Assembly (NCBI GenBank): GCA_046563655.1
Contig: CM102290.1
Coordinates: 186,001-250,000, forward strand
Direction: 5' to 3'
Origin: Yuukianura sp. NJ FZ-2021
Lineage: Eukaryota
Length of the DNA: 64,000 bases
Made by a program: the position numbers and the translations under genes. The notes below the pieces were generated by a model that was not told the DNA's origin, searched no databases, and worked only from the letters and a program-made list of their open reading frames with translations. Below, in pieces: positions 37,269 to 50,640 of this stretch. How positions within the stretch are numbered: the first letter of the stretch is position 1; the number at the start of each line of letters is the position of its first letter.

Positions 37269-38164
37269 GTGGCGGTGTTACAGCGGCATTTTGACCCCCA
37301 GTTTCCAGGGTGTCCGCACACCTTAATGACTCATTTCTTTAATTGAGTCAACGTATAACCTAATGCTTCAGTTTGACTCGACTGTGACATCGCTGACACA
37401 TGACGGAAATGTGGAGGTCAGAGGTCATAAAGTGTACAGTAGGGATTAAATTATGCAATGACTAATAAGAGTACAATTTGTAAACATGAGCTATAAAATC
37501 CTACGTTTCTCTGAACGTTACTTAATTTATGGGGCTATAAAATTCCCAACTCCAATTTCAATTTTTGGCGTGACGGAGCGAGCAAAAAGTCAAGACGTGA
37601 CGTTTTTGAAAAAAAAAGTTTGGAAATGGCAAAATAAGTAGTTTGGGGTTTGGTTCTTCAGATGATGTCAATTTCAAAAATTGATTTGATTTTAACGTTT
37701 CCATTGTTCTAGAATGTCACGTGAAAGAAAAAGTTGAATAATGACTCACTGTGTCCGCACTAACTATTCAAAAATGGAGCGGAAATAACAATGTATTGTT
37801 TTGTATACTGCCAGCATCACAAAACAATTCCACAGTCAGTCATTGTTCTGTTCAGATCCACTCATTTGATTTTGGATTTGAATTTGATTGTTTCGCTACA
37901 TGGAACCTGCGTGGGAGGGCGGGAAGGTCAAATTGGATTTTCGCTTACATTTTAAAACGTTCCCAGCGCAATCGCTGATCCGGTTGCCCATGGATACGAA
38001 AAAGTCGTGTTTAGCGTCATTACTATACATGGAAAAAATATTTAGCTTCCCTGCTCGTAATTTTAGCGAAATCAGTATTTTTGTTTTTTTTTTATTGCTA
38101 AATATTTATCGATTTTTCCCATGCCCTGAATGTTAATTACGTAAATTTTGGAGTTTTTCATTAC

Positions 38165-38320
38165 AAATATTCAATATTTAAATATTTCGCCTATTTTAAG
38201 GAAATATTTTTTTGACTAAAAATTTTCAATATTTAAATATTTCGCCTGTAAGGAAATATTTTTTTGATTAAAAATGTTCAACATATAAAGATTTCGCCTG
38301 TTTTAAGGAAATATTTTTTC
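38165..38320. repeat. AT-rich ~55-bp tandem repeat, three units
   Basis: Repeated aatatttaaatatttcgcct...aaggaaatatttttt. Confidence 0.75.
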
Positions 38321-41300
38321 TATGTACAGTTATTACTGCAAGGTTGTCAAAAATATGTGCTAAAAAGGGCACGAAATATTGATAAGAATCTTTATTATTT
38401 TTTTAAATCACCAAAATATTTACGTATTAAACATACAAATAATTAAATATTTTGTATCCAAAAACCCAGAATTATTTTTTATTAACATTACGTGCATGGA
38501 GACTAAATATTTTTGACATGCCTGATCATCAGGGTTTAACGTCCTTCGTAATTGTCTCAATAGACTCCACTTTAGTTTTACAGTTTTTAGACTAAGTTCA
38601 TCCGGAAATGTTTTTTGAGTTTTAATTTTGAAATTTTGGAATGTTTTCAGATGATCCCTGGAGACTGCGCCGTCCAGTGGAAGTGCATGACCTGTTGGTG
38701 GAAACAATGGAGGTCAGACGGGTCAACCTAACTTGTTGGCTCGTTTGTGTGGACATTGCGTACAACTTTTTTGAAAAGAGGCTTGGAAGCGTGTGCGTTG
38801 TGTGGATCCTGGAAGGGGGAGAACCTACTACACAACTGGTTACATCCGAGAACAGCTCCAGACGAGCTCTCAGTCTACTTTCAACTACCGAGTTGCAACC
38901 AAGTCTCACAGTGTTTCTACAGTGCCAGAACATCCCTTTGGAAACAATAGACAATTGAAAGGGGTCAGTCCCTTAAACTTATTTTCACAATCTCATAGTC
39001 ACCATCCTATTTCAAATATCCTTGACAGTGTGAAATCGTTCTGACACTTTGAACAGGAAAGAAGACAAGCATCATTGGACTTGGATTTGAGAAGTTCCGA
39101 CACCCCAAGAGCCCTTAAGGATCCCCCTGTACTAATTCCAAGAGCCCTTAAGGATCTGTACCAATTTGTTCCAGGTGCCAGAAGAAGCCTAAAGCCAGTA
39201 CCGTGTAAACCGCACTTTACTTTTAAGTCTCCACCAAAAGGCAAGCCGTTAGCACCAGGCGACCGAGGCATTAAAATTTGGAAGTCTCTCGTCTAATTCT
39301 GTTCGCTTGTCAAGGAACGACGACGGACTTTTGCCAGATTCCAAGATCCAACGAAGACTCTTTGTGAATACTAATCACCCACCGACCGCAACAAGAACAC
39401 CGCCGTTACTCCAAAGTGAAAGTTTCCAACGCTGTAAGTTTTTAAAAGTTCCGACAGTTAATCACAGTCCAAGTCCATTGGTCCAACTTTTTAAGTCCTT
39501 TTGTTTACTAACTAGGTTCACAACGGTAGAGTCGTGAGTTGAACACAACGGTTTTGATGGAGTCGTGAGTTCAAATCCCACCGACCCCAAAACTTTTCAA
39601 GCAGTGACGGATTTTGGAACTAACAATTTTTGAAAAGTGAGGCCGAGTCGTTGCATTTTCGGAGTCTCCAGTTGGTGTTGGCAGGGGTTCTCATCAATCA
39701 CTTGTGTATAGCACACTACCATTGTCGTCGTCGTCCTAATACATGTACTGCTTCCGGAACTTCAGTCAAGAACTCATGTGTTTGAACACAACTGATATGC
39801 TGTGCAAAATCAAGTGACTCAGGACAAATTCGGACTTGGAAGACACTAGTTTTGGACAATTCAGGATTTGAAAGTGGATTTCAGTGACAGACTTAGTATT
39901 CGTGTTCTCCTTTTGTGGATTTTGCCAAAATCCATTGTGCTGCACTAAGGAAGTTTGGATGGACGATGTTAAAAGTGAGAGTGCGTGTGTGTTAATTAGG
40001 AAATAGTCATAGACAAGTTGGAAGAAGAGACACACACACACGAGAACACGACAGGTCACTGCGAACTACAGAATCAGATAAGGTCCAGCACAGTCAAACA
40101 ACACTGCCAACAACAATCTACAGTTTTCGTACATGGATTAATGGAAATCATGCAATCGGAGTTCCGCAGTTCCTGTGCTGTACAAGGTAAGAACTCTTTT
40201 TTGTTCATTGTTATTCTGGACTGCAATTGGAGCAACTTTTTACATTTCAAAAGCTAATGACAATAATACAAAAGTAGAAAAAAAAAGTTCACAAACGAGC
40301 ATGGGTAGACTGTGTCATTAATCCTCCCGTCTGTCAAGATTAATCCAGTTGAATTTAAGTACAAAAAAAGGAAGTTAATTATGATTTTGTTTAATTAAAT
40401 GTTATTCAGATAACTAATCGTTAACTTTTTTTGAAAAGATAAACGATCTGTGAAACTTTTTCGACTTTTTATGTAACGTTAGCATCGTTAAATTTGTCAT
40501 TACTTTTCTTAACGCAATGGAAATGGGCTATCACTTTTCAATTTTTGCAATTGCAGCAACTTTCCCGCAAGAAAAAGTTGCTAAAAGAACGTTTGCTAAA
40601 AAAATATAGTTACTAAAAGAAACTTTTTCGAAAAAAAAAGAGTGTTGCTAAAAGAAACTTCTGCGAGGTTTTCTTCTGTTTCTAATTTGGAAAGTGATGA
40701 ATTCCCAAGAAGTGGAAATGGTGTAAACTGTAGCGAAATTAAAGTTGCTAAAAGAAACTTTTGCGAAAAAAAAAAGTTCCTAAAAAGAAACTTTTCTCTC
40801 TTTTTCTTCTGTTATTTGATCATTTCGCAAGGAGTGAAAATGGTGTAAACTTTATTGCTTTCTTTTTGGCACAAATTGAACAAAAACGAGGTAAAAAATC
40901 TCAACTTTTTTTGTGTGTTAAGAAAAGCAAATGGGAGGAGGCGTGGAGAGGAGACTGTTAGTTTTTAAGAAAAAGTGTTGAACAGCGCAAAAGAATGTGC
41001 GATTTTGCAAAAAAGTTGTTTAGTTTGGCAGTTACTTGCACAATGTCTTAGTTTTTTAGACTAAAGTAAGTCCGACTTGATCTATTTTTAAGCACTTTGT
41101 AGAAATTTGTTAAGTTTATGAAAAAAAGCTATGCTGGGTTTTCTTGGAAGTCATTGACAGAACAGTGAAAACTATGAACTTCCTTCCGCCATTTCCGCTC
41201 TTCTTCTTTTCTTTCCCTTGTTATGAATTTTGAAAAGATTTGTTCCATTTTCACGCTTCCGTGAACCCCCCTCTACGAACTGGAGTGTCTAAATCTGAGA

Positions 41301-41809
41301 AAAGTCGTAAAAGTTGGGTTTTTCAGAGTTTTTAGTGTAACCTCTGTCAGTTTTGGAAATTCAAGGCTAACCGTCGTTTCATGGACGAATGGAGAACGGG
41401 GTAATTTTTTTTTTTTTGAAACTCCAAATTTCATGGTTTCTTCGTTTTTCGTGTTTTTTTGTTCCTGTTTTGTGAGGTAGTGGTGCGTTTTTTTTTGATT
41501 TGGGTTAGGGCCGTGTATTTTGAGAGGAGAAAGTAGGAGAAATGTTTGTGATTTATTTATTGAACATATTAACTGATCAATGTTTAATGCTGAAAGCCTC
41601 CTCTGGGCTGGAACCTCTTTTCCTCGTATTGACAGAAACAAATGTGTGTTTGCGTGTTTTGGTTGTCGGTGGGTTGGTGGGAGTGAGGTAGGAAGTTTGC
41701 AATCTGAGCCAAACGACGACAGAATCACCTCAATCTTCATCCTCGTTATACTCCCACTCATCCAATCATAACTAGATCAAACTTCACAAAAAGTATCTTC
41801 TCCCACATA

Positions 41810-42195
41810 TTTTTCAGATATTTTTTTTTTTCACAAGAGATATTTTTCAAGAATGAGGATGTGTTTTTCAGAAAAGAGGGTATGTTTCAGAAAGGAGGAG
41901 ATAATCGTCAGACAGGAGGCGGAGATATGTTTCAATAGATATCTTCAGAAAAGTGGAGATAACTTAAACTTTCAGAGAATAGGAGATACTGTTCAGAAAG
42001 GAGGAGGAGATATTTTTTTGAAAACTGGAGATACTCTTCAGAAAGGAGGAGGTATTTTTCTGAAAACTGGAGATATGTTTCGGGAAAGAAGATATTTTTC
42101 AGGAAAGAGGAGATATTCTTCAGAAAGCAGAAGATATTTTTCAGAAAACAGAGGATATTTTTGAGACATTTGCGAAGATACTTTTCAGAAAATGT
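41810..42195. repeat. ~20-bp minisatellite (TTCAGAAA...GGAGATA)
   Basis: Many degenerate units. Explains the spurious ORF 41853-42164. Confidence 0.8.
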
Positions 42196-43971
42196 AGAAG
42201 CAGTGCTAGAAGTTGGTCGTTGTGGAGTGATTGCCCATTTAGTGGAGAAGAGTAATGCGTGGAGGTGGTGAAAGTAAGGAAATGGAGATGTAGTTTCTCA
42301 GGATAAAAAAAATGTGGATTTTTTGGATAAAAAGTGAGGAAGCTGATTGGTGAAATGGAGAGTTTTTTGGCTAAAAGATCTTGTCCGATTTTTCATTGGG
42401 ACGGAGGCTATTATTACCCCGGAGGAAGACGAAGTTGGGAGTCTCGGAACTAATCAGGTTCTTTCTCCATTTCACTTGGGGTTTTGTTCTCTCTTGTTCC
42501 ATGGTGATGACAATGGGTCTGACACTTTGCCAAATTCCGTTGGTGATAGGTTGACGACGCTTGTTCCGACTTGGGAAGAATTCACATTTATTATTGGGTT
42601 CCAATGTAGACCCATTACGGGTCAACTCATGCCTTGGCTCCGAGGCACAGAATACCCGGCTATTTTGGAAATTGAAGCGTCAGACAACGTTAACTACTTT
42701 TTGGGGAAGAGTTTGGGGCGATGATGGGTTCCTGCACATTTTGGCTAATGATGTTTCTACTCAACTGGAACAGGGCACAATGACCTCCTTTTTTTCCTTA
42801 GTTACCGTCAACAATCGTCTGGCCAAAAATGGCTGCAATGAAAAAAAAAACAAAGGCCGGCAGAAATGGAAACACCAAAATCTGTAAAGATTGGAAAAGA
42901 TCAAGAAATGGCAGAAATGAAAAGTCCTTTTTTCCACCATGAACCAAAAAACAATCACGTGGCCAAAAATGGCTCAAATGGCCGGCCGAAATGCTTAAGT
43001 CAAATGGCTAAAAGTGGGAAAAATTAAAAATCGCCGGATAGTGGCAAAAATGAAGTCTGAAATAATTCCGGTTGATACTTTGTAAAGTCTCGGTAGATTT
43101 GTGTTTTTGCCGGTCGAAACTTTGTAAAGTTTGCAAGATTTGTGTTTCTGCCGGTCGAACTTTTCCCGGGAGAGTTGAAAATTTTCAAAAAAAACAAACA
43201 AACAAACAAACATTTTATGTAAAAACTGTGGAGCCTGCGGCAATGGAATTGGTGTAACCTGCTGAATTCACGAATTGGATTAAATTTTGATGTGCAAAAC
43301 GACAATGTCGAGTGGTTTGTGGTGGTAGGAAGAACAATGGAGATGGCATGGAGGAGACTCTAAAGCCAAAATTAGGTTAAGTGAAATGGTGGTTAGGTTA
43401 TTGTTTTAGTTTCTGCCGCCTTTGTTAGGTTATGTTTTCGGAGAATTCCTGCACTTTGTATCTCTCGTTAGGTTAGTGTTTGTGAATTATTAGTAAAATT
43501 GAGTTAAGAGACTGGGAGAGTGTGAGTGATTGGGAAGGATGTGCTTTTGTCTTTTCATTTGGAAACACAATGGACCGATTTGCATTCCTCCTGAAACCAA
43601 TCTCTCCCCGAAATTCTCCCGGGTATTTTCTCCACTTACCCGGAATTTTAATTATAAGCAGAGGGTCGAACACAACCAAAAAAAAAAAACTGAGAGGAAT
43701 GTGGTTGGCTACTGTTTGAATTTCCAGCAGCCCTACCTCTACATCAGTCAAGTTCATTTTTAAACCCGGTGGACCGAAACTGATCGGTTCATGAGAGGGA
43801 GAAAAGAGGAATCCCGGGAATTTTCAAAATCAAATCCACTTTCAGTTTCTGTTTCGACGGAGAGAGAAAGTTATTCCGTTTTTTCTCACTTCATTTCCTT
43901 GGAAATTCGGGTAGTACCAACATTTTCTCTTCCAGTCTGGAATGTTACAATTTTTTGGTGTATTTTAAACT

Positions 43972-44210
43972 GCGTAGGCCCAACCAAGGTAGCTATAGCA
44001 ACCAATTGAATTTTCTACAACAGGTTGTCCAATAACTCAAGCTTTATCTTGCTTCAAACAACTTTTAGCACCAATCCCAATTATATTATATGCAAAAACT
44101 TTCCATAGAAAGGCAGATTTTCTACTATCAAAGAAAGTTGAAAACTTGGAGTTACTGGACAACCCCGTGTAGAAAAAGTTGTTTTTTGTTTAGGAACCTT
44201 GGGCCCAACG
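43972..44210. mobile_element. MITE-like inverted-repeat element with a Tc1/mariner-like inner TIR
   Basis: ttttctacaacaggttgtccaataactcaag (~44011-44041) is complementary to cttggagttactggacaaccccgtgtagaaaa (~44145-44176). The outer arms gcgtaggcccaa..aagg / ccttgggcccaacgc also pair. Confidence 0.65.
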
Positions 44211-45144
44211 CTGCGCTGCACCGGATGTGTGATCCCATTTTGTCTTTTGGTTTTTAAGTAATGTTCTTAGTTAACAGTTGATTAATGACAGGCGGGGAGG
44301 TGGGTGGTGGTGCGTTACGGTTAAAGCAGAAGAATTTGTGATTAATGCTCTGATTCCCTGGAGAATGACATTAGTCTGTTGGAGTCTCTTCCAGAATGCG
44401 TGCGTGAGCATCGTTTTTCCAACTTGGTCGATTAATTATTTAGAAGTTTCTGGAAGGAGGTAGGCGCTAGGTTTAAGTCATTTTTGGGACGGCGAGAAGG
44501 TTAGGACGACGGTCGTAGTTGACCTGGTCGCCAGTTCGATTCTCCCCGAGCTCTAAGTTTCCGTTTTTGCTAAAATTGTTCAATTTTTCTAACGGTGTCA
44601 CTTTTTTTTTGGGAAGTTTTTGTGAGTTGGGGAGTGATGTTGTGGTTGTGAGATGCCGAAGTCCTTGGAACCTCCTCCATCATCATATTCTGCCAGAGTA
44701 AATTGTATCCTGTTTCTTCCAAAGTTTTTGGACTTCATTTTTCGTCGTTGAGTTGTCGCCCGTCTTCTTCTGGTGTCGTGGAAGGGAGAAAAGGCGGAAA
44801 GTTTTGAAAAGACTTTTCTTTCCCCCTGAGAAGAGAGCTTCCCAATATTGACATTGATTAGGCACAAAAGATGTTCACCATATGCGTCCTTTCTTTTCCT
44901 CCATCTCTTCCGGCCAACACAAAAACTGTGTCTTTGGCCTCACATCCCTCACAATCCGACGCTCTCCAACATCAATATTGACCTCAGACGAAACACAATC
45001 AATACGGAGCGCGTTTTGTAGCTGGAAAGCACCAAGGGACAACAAAAGGCTGGTTTGGACGCTGCCACAAAGAACTTTTTCTAAAAATAGGAACACAGCT
45101 GGAAAGGAGGTCGCAAAGATGCGATCGAACTGAACTCAGCTTGT

Positions 45145-45618
45145 GCGGTTAGCTGCGATCAGCTTTTAGCTTGTCGCGAAAAGGAGTCCAGCTACGACTT
45201 AGTTAGGATGTATTAAAACTTTTGTTTAGCGGTTAGCTGCGATCAGTTTGCGGCGAATAGGATTTCTGCTAGGATTAAGTTGGACATCGGATGTTCTGAA
45301 ACTTAGCGGTTAGCTGCGATCGAGGAGGCCAGCTGCAACGTGGTTGGACCTATCCTGTGTTGGACCTGAGCGGTTAGCTGCGATCAAGCGGTAATTGGCT
45401 TGTCAAGGGAGGCTAGCTGCAACCTTGTGCGGCCTAACTTTGGTTGGAAGTACCCGGTTAGCTGCGATCAGTCTCCAGCTTGTTGCGAATGTGAGTCTAG
45501 CTGCCCCCTGGTTGGACCTAGCATAAGTTGCAGTTGTCTTGTTAGCTTCGATCAAGCAGAACGTGGTTGGTAGAGTGAGGCTAGCTAGCCCAGCTTGTCC
45601 TACGAGGTAGTTGCGATC
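45145..45618. repeat. Interspaced repeat array with a conserved 16-bp core GCGGTTAGCTGCGATC
   Basis: Exact copies at 45145, 45229, 45306 and 45370, one mismatch at 45454, degenerate at ~45538 and ~45603. Periods 84, 77, 64, 84, 84, 65. Confidence 0.9.
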
Positions 45619-46379
45619 GACCTGGACCTAGTTTAGGCTAGGTGCAGCCAGGCGGAGCCGAGCGTGTGCTGTAAGTGAGGCTAGCAAGGTCATCCACGTG
45701 CCAGATTGCAGTGGACTGAGACGCTTGACGTCCCATTTAATTTCCTGTTCGATTAATTGACTCAAAGGAAATTTTATTAGGCCTCTTCCAGCTCAACAAG
45801 TTAGTCCCTCTGGATAACACAGGTTAATCAAAATGGGAAATTCCGTCTATTTTAGGCCCTTTACTTCACTTTTTTAACTCCAGTGTGCGTGTTCGCAAAT
45901 GAAACTTCCTTTTTTTGAAATTCGTGCCAGAGTTTTTTATTTTGGTGGCCAGCATGAGACGCTGAGATGGTTGGGCAATTGGTTTGGGTTGAATTGAGTA
46001 GTTTTTAGTTAGAAAGCAAGTCCCTGGGAGAGTTAAATGGAAGTGAAGTGGGTCCAGAACTAAAGTGAGGAGTGTTGTTTGTTGGTCGCAACAAGTCTTG
46101 TGTCGTGGCCAAGAACATGAGGGGTCCATGTGGACACTTAAGTCCCTCGAGGGTTCCTCTCCAATTCAAACTACTTCAAGTCCCGGGAGACTTCTCTTTT
46201 TCAAAATTCCGGAACGACTAATTCCAGCATTCGTCGTTTGTGGACCGTGACCTTTGCTTTTTTTAAAAAAAGTTTGTTAAACTTGAATATCTCAGAAAAA
46301 CTGAACCAATACAGTATCGAATCTGTATGAGGTCACTTTATCAAGTTTTCTTGCGAAAAAAAAGGGAAAACGTAAAATC

Positions 46380-46780
46380 TTCTGATTTTCTGTTTTTTGC
46401 TGGAATTTCCTGTTTCTGTTTCATGATTTTTTGTAGAATTTTTCGTTTTGTATACGTTTTCCTGTTTTTCGTTCGAATTTCCAGTTTCTGTTTCATGCTT
46501 TTCTGTAGAATTTTTTAATTTCTGACTCTCTTGTTTCTGATTGTCTGTGGATTTTCTTTTTTTCTGATTTTGCATAGAATTTTCTGTTTTCTGATTTTGC
46601 TTAGAATTTTCTGTTTTTTTTTTAAATAGAATTTCTTGTTTTCTGATTATGTTTAGAATTTCCTATTTTCTGGCATTTTTTCTAGTTTTCTGTGGAATTT
46701 TTTGTTTTCTGATTTCCTGTAGAATGTTCTATTCTCTGATTATCTGTAGAATTTTGTTTTGTGATTCTGTTTAAAATGAT
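46380..46780. repeat. Degenerate minisatellite (TTTTCTGATT...TAGAATTT)
   Basis: Many ~26-bp T-rich units. Confidence 0.75.
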
Positions 46781-47613
46781 TCTGGTGCTAGGACTGGTTG
46801 ATTCCTAGTGTTTTGTGGTGAAGTTGTTTCTGAAGATGTGTTGTGTGCGGTTTTGGGTTAATATCTGGAGATTTCCTAGGAGAAACAACACGTTTCCTCC
46901 GTTTCGCATGTTGTTTTTTTCTTGGGTGAAGGAGAAGGAGAGCTCAGTTTCACCCAAGGAGAAAATCAGAACAGAAGTTAATGGGGACGGGGATTTCGCT
47001 TTCCTTTTTTCCCTCCTCTCTTTCTCTCTCTCTTTTGGTTTTTGATGTTTTGTCCCCTGGAGCGGGATCTACTTAACATCCCAAATTTACATTTACGAAG
47101 ACAGACTGTCTCTCATCCTTCTCCATTTTCCCGCGCTTTTTTAAAAGGAAAAACAGTCTTTGCTCTTTTTAGTGTAACGGAGGTTCTTTCTCTTGAGTTT
47201 TGCGTGCCAAAGGTTTGGGTTGCCCTCGGGCAGTCTCCAACTTCTCTTTTCTGTTCCACGAATAATTCTGAACACAAACCTCAAGCGTACTAAAAGACTG
47301 GAACTGCAAGCGGCTGTTCAAACAGAACTCTGTTCAAAACAAAGGAAAAGCGAGGTGTTCCACCTAATTTGAACTGCAAATGACCTTGAGCAATGTTAAG
47401 GTCACGCTACAATTTTTCTTCGTTTTTGTCTTCTGACTATTTTTTCTTTGCTTTTCTTTTCCCTTTTCTCTTTCCTAATTTTCACATTTCTTGTCCCCTA
47501 TTGGTTTTTGCTAAAACATTGTCGTTGTGAAATTCTAGGTTGTGGGTAATGTACTACTATGTTGTGAAAAGGAAAAGTTGGTTAAGGTCAAGGTTGATAA
47601 ACAAAAAATACTC

Positions 47614-48756
47614 TTTCTTTAACAGGTTAGGCAGTTACTCGAGTTCTGAATTTTTGAAGCAAAAAATGAAATCACCCAAGTACCAAGTTATGGCAAGTCG
47701 AATTTAAAAAAGTCCAGGAGCGACAACTATAAAGACTTGCGCCCGGTTGCAAGTCCTTCCCGCGTCGCAAATTCAAATTTTGCGACGTTTGGTACTCATA
47801 AAACCGGGAGCAAGTAGGATCGCAAGTGGAGAGCAACTCTTGCGATTCTCCTTCTCTTTCTCCATTGAAACCTTTCTCCTAGCAGGACAATCGTTACTCA
47901 TAAAGAGCTCCTCCTCTCAGTAGCATAGCAACTTCCGTGATATCTTTGCGGCTAGTCGAGACTAGCCGCAAACTTGCTACTTGAATGATTATTAAAGATT
48001 AGAATTTAAATATAAGCACTACTAAGTGAATTAACACATGTAACAACATCCTAACATTTTCTAAGCATATTTTAAGCATATCCTAATCATAATACCGTCA
48101 CTTTATGAAGTTGTTTTACTAATGCTAATGGAATCATGTGATAGGCATATGAGTTGCTTTGAATGATGGAAGTTAATCCTGTTTTGGGGTTCTTTACAAA
48201 AAAAAACCCTTTTAAATTACCCCGTTTTGATTAAAGTTTTACATTATAAGGCCTCAATAACCAATTCTACTTCATAATTGCCTTAAAGATCGAACAATAC
48301 GTGATAACAACAATAAATGATAACAACTAATAGGTACATGTATGTCTAAAAGTATTACGATAATTGTAATACTTGAAAAAGAAGTCAATTGTCACATGCA
48401 CTTATTGTTCCAAACATTGTGCCAGCACGTCTCATCCTTGTTGTCAACTTCGAGATTTTGAACTTTTGCGAGGAGCGAAGCCACTCAGCTCCTCCTCCGA
48501 TCGCAGTTTGGAGAAAAGTCAGTCAACTTTGCCACCGAGAGAGAAAGAGTTTCGTGAGTACCAAATTCTCAAAGTCGCAGAGGAGTGTCGCTAGCAAATT
48601 TGCTCTAGCAGATTTGCAACCACTCTTTATAGTTACCGCTCCAGAACATCAAAATTACTAAGACAATTAAAGAAAAAGAATCTGTCCACTGAAACAGGTT
48701 TTTCATTTGTAAACAAAATTGGTTCCATCGAGTTATTACTTAACCTGTTAAAGAAA
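47614..48756. mobile_element. ~1.14-kb non-autonomous TIR DNA transposon
   Basis: Perfect terminal 16-bp IR TTTCTTTAACAGGTTA, extending imperfectly to ~57 bp (47614-47671 / 48700-48756). GC-richer subterminal blocks flank an AT-rich core. No transposase ORF seen. Confidence 0.7.
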
Positions 48757-49519
48757 TACCATTTCGTTGTGAAGACACCTTGGTGAAAGTTATGTCGCGT
48801 ATAAGGTATGCTTTAAAAGTTAGTTAAGCGTAGGTTGTGAACCGTATCGTTGGGAATGTTGGAGTTGATGTGTGAAGGAGGACGTGGTCGGTGGTTTCTG
48901 TGGAGGAGAAAGTCCTAATTTTTGGTGGTTGTGATATAAACATTGTGATGTTGTGTGACATTTGTGTTATCAGGGGAGCTTCTTTCGTGTTTCCTTGGTA
49001 GCTGAGACATTAGGTTTTAACATTAGGTTAGGTTAAGGGAGGAAGATGGTTAAGGGGAGGTTGTTCTATTAGATTTCGGCAGAGAAACCTTTTATCTGGA
49101 GCTGCTCTGGTCGTCTCTCCATGTTATGGTCCCCTCCTGACTCCCTGCAGCCCCAGAGAGAGACGGTGGGATATGTTCTCGTTATGTTCTTTCCATTACG
49201 ACAGATCTGCCAGCATCCTAAGGATGCTGGACTCTCACAAAAGTTACAAAAAATCCCTCCTATCAGTTCCACTAAAAGTTGAGAGCACTTTCTGACTTTC
49301 CTTGGAACTTTCTCTCTCTCGACGGTCGTCTCTTTAGTTAGGTTAGGCCTCTCCTACCCATTTTCTACTTCTGGGTCCACTCAAACTCTCACGCCCAGAG
49401 TCCACAAATCCCTATTTTGATAATTTTTCTCATCTTGCATCTCGGGATTCTGCTCCAACGTCCTCCACATCCCACCAAAGTGCCGTCACACGCCGAAAAA
49501 CTAAAGTGCTATCTCCACT

Positions 49520-49940
49520 CCTATCTTTTACTTTTTTACTTCCACTTTTTCCACTTGTACTTTCATTTTTGCTACTTTTACTTTCATTTTTTTTATTTTT
49601 ATACGTTTATACTTTAACCTTCTTTGTTTTTCACTTTTAGCTTTTTTTGCTTCTAGTTTTGCTTCTACATATCTACGTTTAGTTTTTACTTTTACTTTTG
49701 TATGTTTACATTTTCACTTTTAATTTTTTTTTTTAGATTTTTTAGTTTGGTTTTTCTACTTTTGATTGTTTTATTTTACTTTTAATTTCTTGCATTTCCG
49801 TTTTTAAGTTTACTATAATTTTCACCTTTTCTTTTTCCCTTTTACTTTTATTTTCTTAGCTTTATACTTTTATACCTTTACTATTGTTTAATTTTTTTAC
49901 TTTTTTTTTTTAGTTTTTTACTTTTACTTTTCACTTTTGG
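49520..49940. repeat. T-rich low-complexity (TTTTAC)n-like tract
   Basis: Seen directly in the composition. Confidence 0.85.
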
Positions 49941-50516
49941 GTTTTTAGTTGTAGTGAATTTGGTATTCAATACAGGGAGAGTGTAGAAGTGGTGTGGTGG
50001 TGCTTGGGAGAAGATGAAAATGTAATGTGAAAGCGACGGGAGCTCACTTTAGTTTAAGGGCGCATGTTCCCAGTCAGTTTCAATTTTATTGGGATAGAAA
50101 GAAACCTTGGATCTTCATTTTTCTCGTTTTTTTTTTGGCGGGAGGGAGCGTTATTTGAAAATTGCAATTCCGATTGAGTGAATCAACTTGTGTGGTGAGG
50201 GAAATTGTTGGTAAGTCTATTGACTGTAAGTTAGAAAGAGGTCAAGTGGAAACAATGTCAACCGAGTTTCAGTGGGTACAGAAACCTTACTTCAACCCAC
50301 AATTTATTCTGGAAATGAGGAATGATTGAGGATGGAAACTGTGTCGAAATGAGTAGGAAAACAAAACATTTCCTTTGGAGCCTCGTGGAGGTATGGATCG
50401 ATGTCATCTCAAAATGATTTTGGTTTCTGCACGAGGAAAAGATTGCCAAATTTTGAAAAGGCTCCACCACATGAGCCCTGTGCCACCATGAACTTTTTGT
50501 ATGTGGTGGGGCTACA

Positions 50517-50640
50517 CAGGGTTCCAAAACCCCTGGGCTTTTCAGGAAAAGTACGAAAAACCCAGTACTATACCATACCAATACTGTTTCATTTTTCTTT
50601 TTGTGGGTTTTTCGAAAAACCCAGGGTTTTTGAAACCTTG
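50517..50640. mobile_element. 124-bp hAT-like MITE
   Basis: Imperfect TIRs cagggttccaaaacccctgggcttttc / gaaaaacccagggtttttgaaaccttg. Flanks gggctaca and gggctaag (6/8 degenerate TSD). Confidence 0.7.

Noticed and set aside
41853..42164. 103-aa repetitive ORF
   Set aside because: Translation of a minisatellite.
45145..45618. True CRISPR array, or a 28-aa LRR-coding repeat
   Set aside because: Eukaryotic context, no cas genes, a core of only 16 bp, spacers of uneven length sharing sub-motifs, and translated frames with stops and no LRR pattern.
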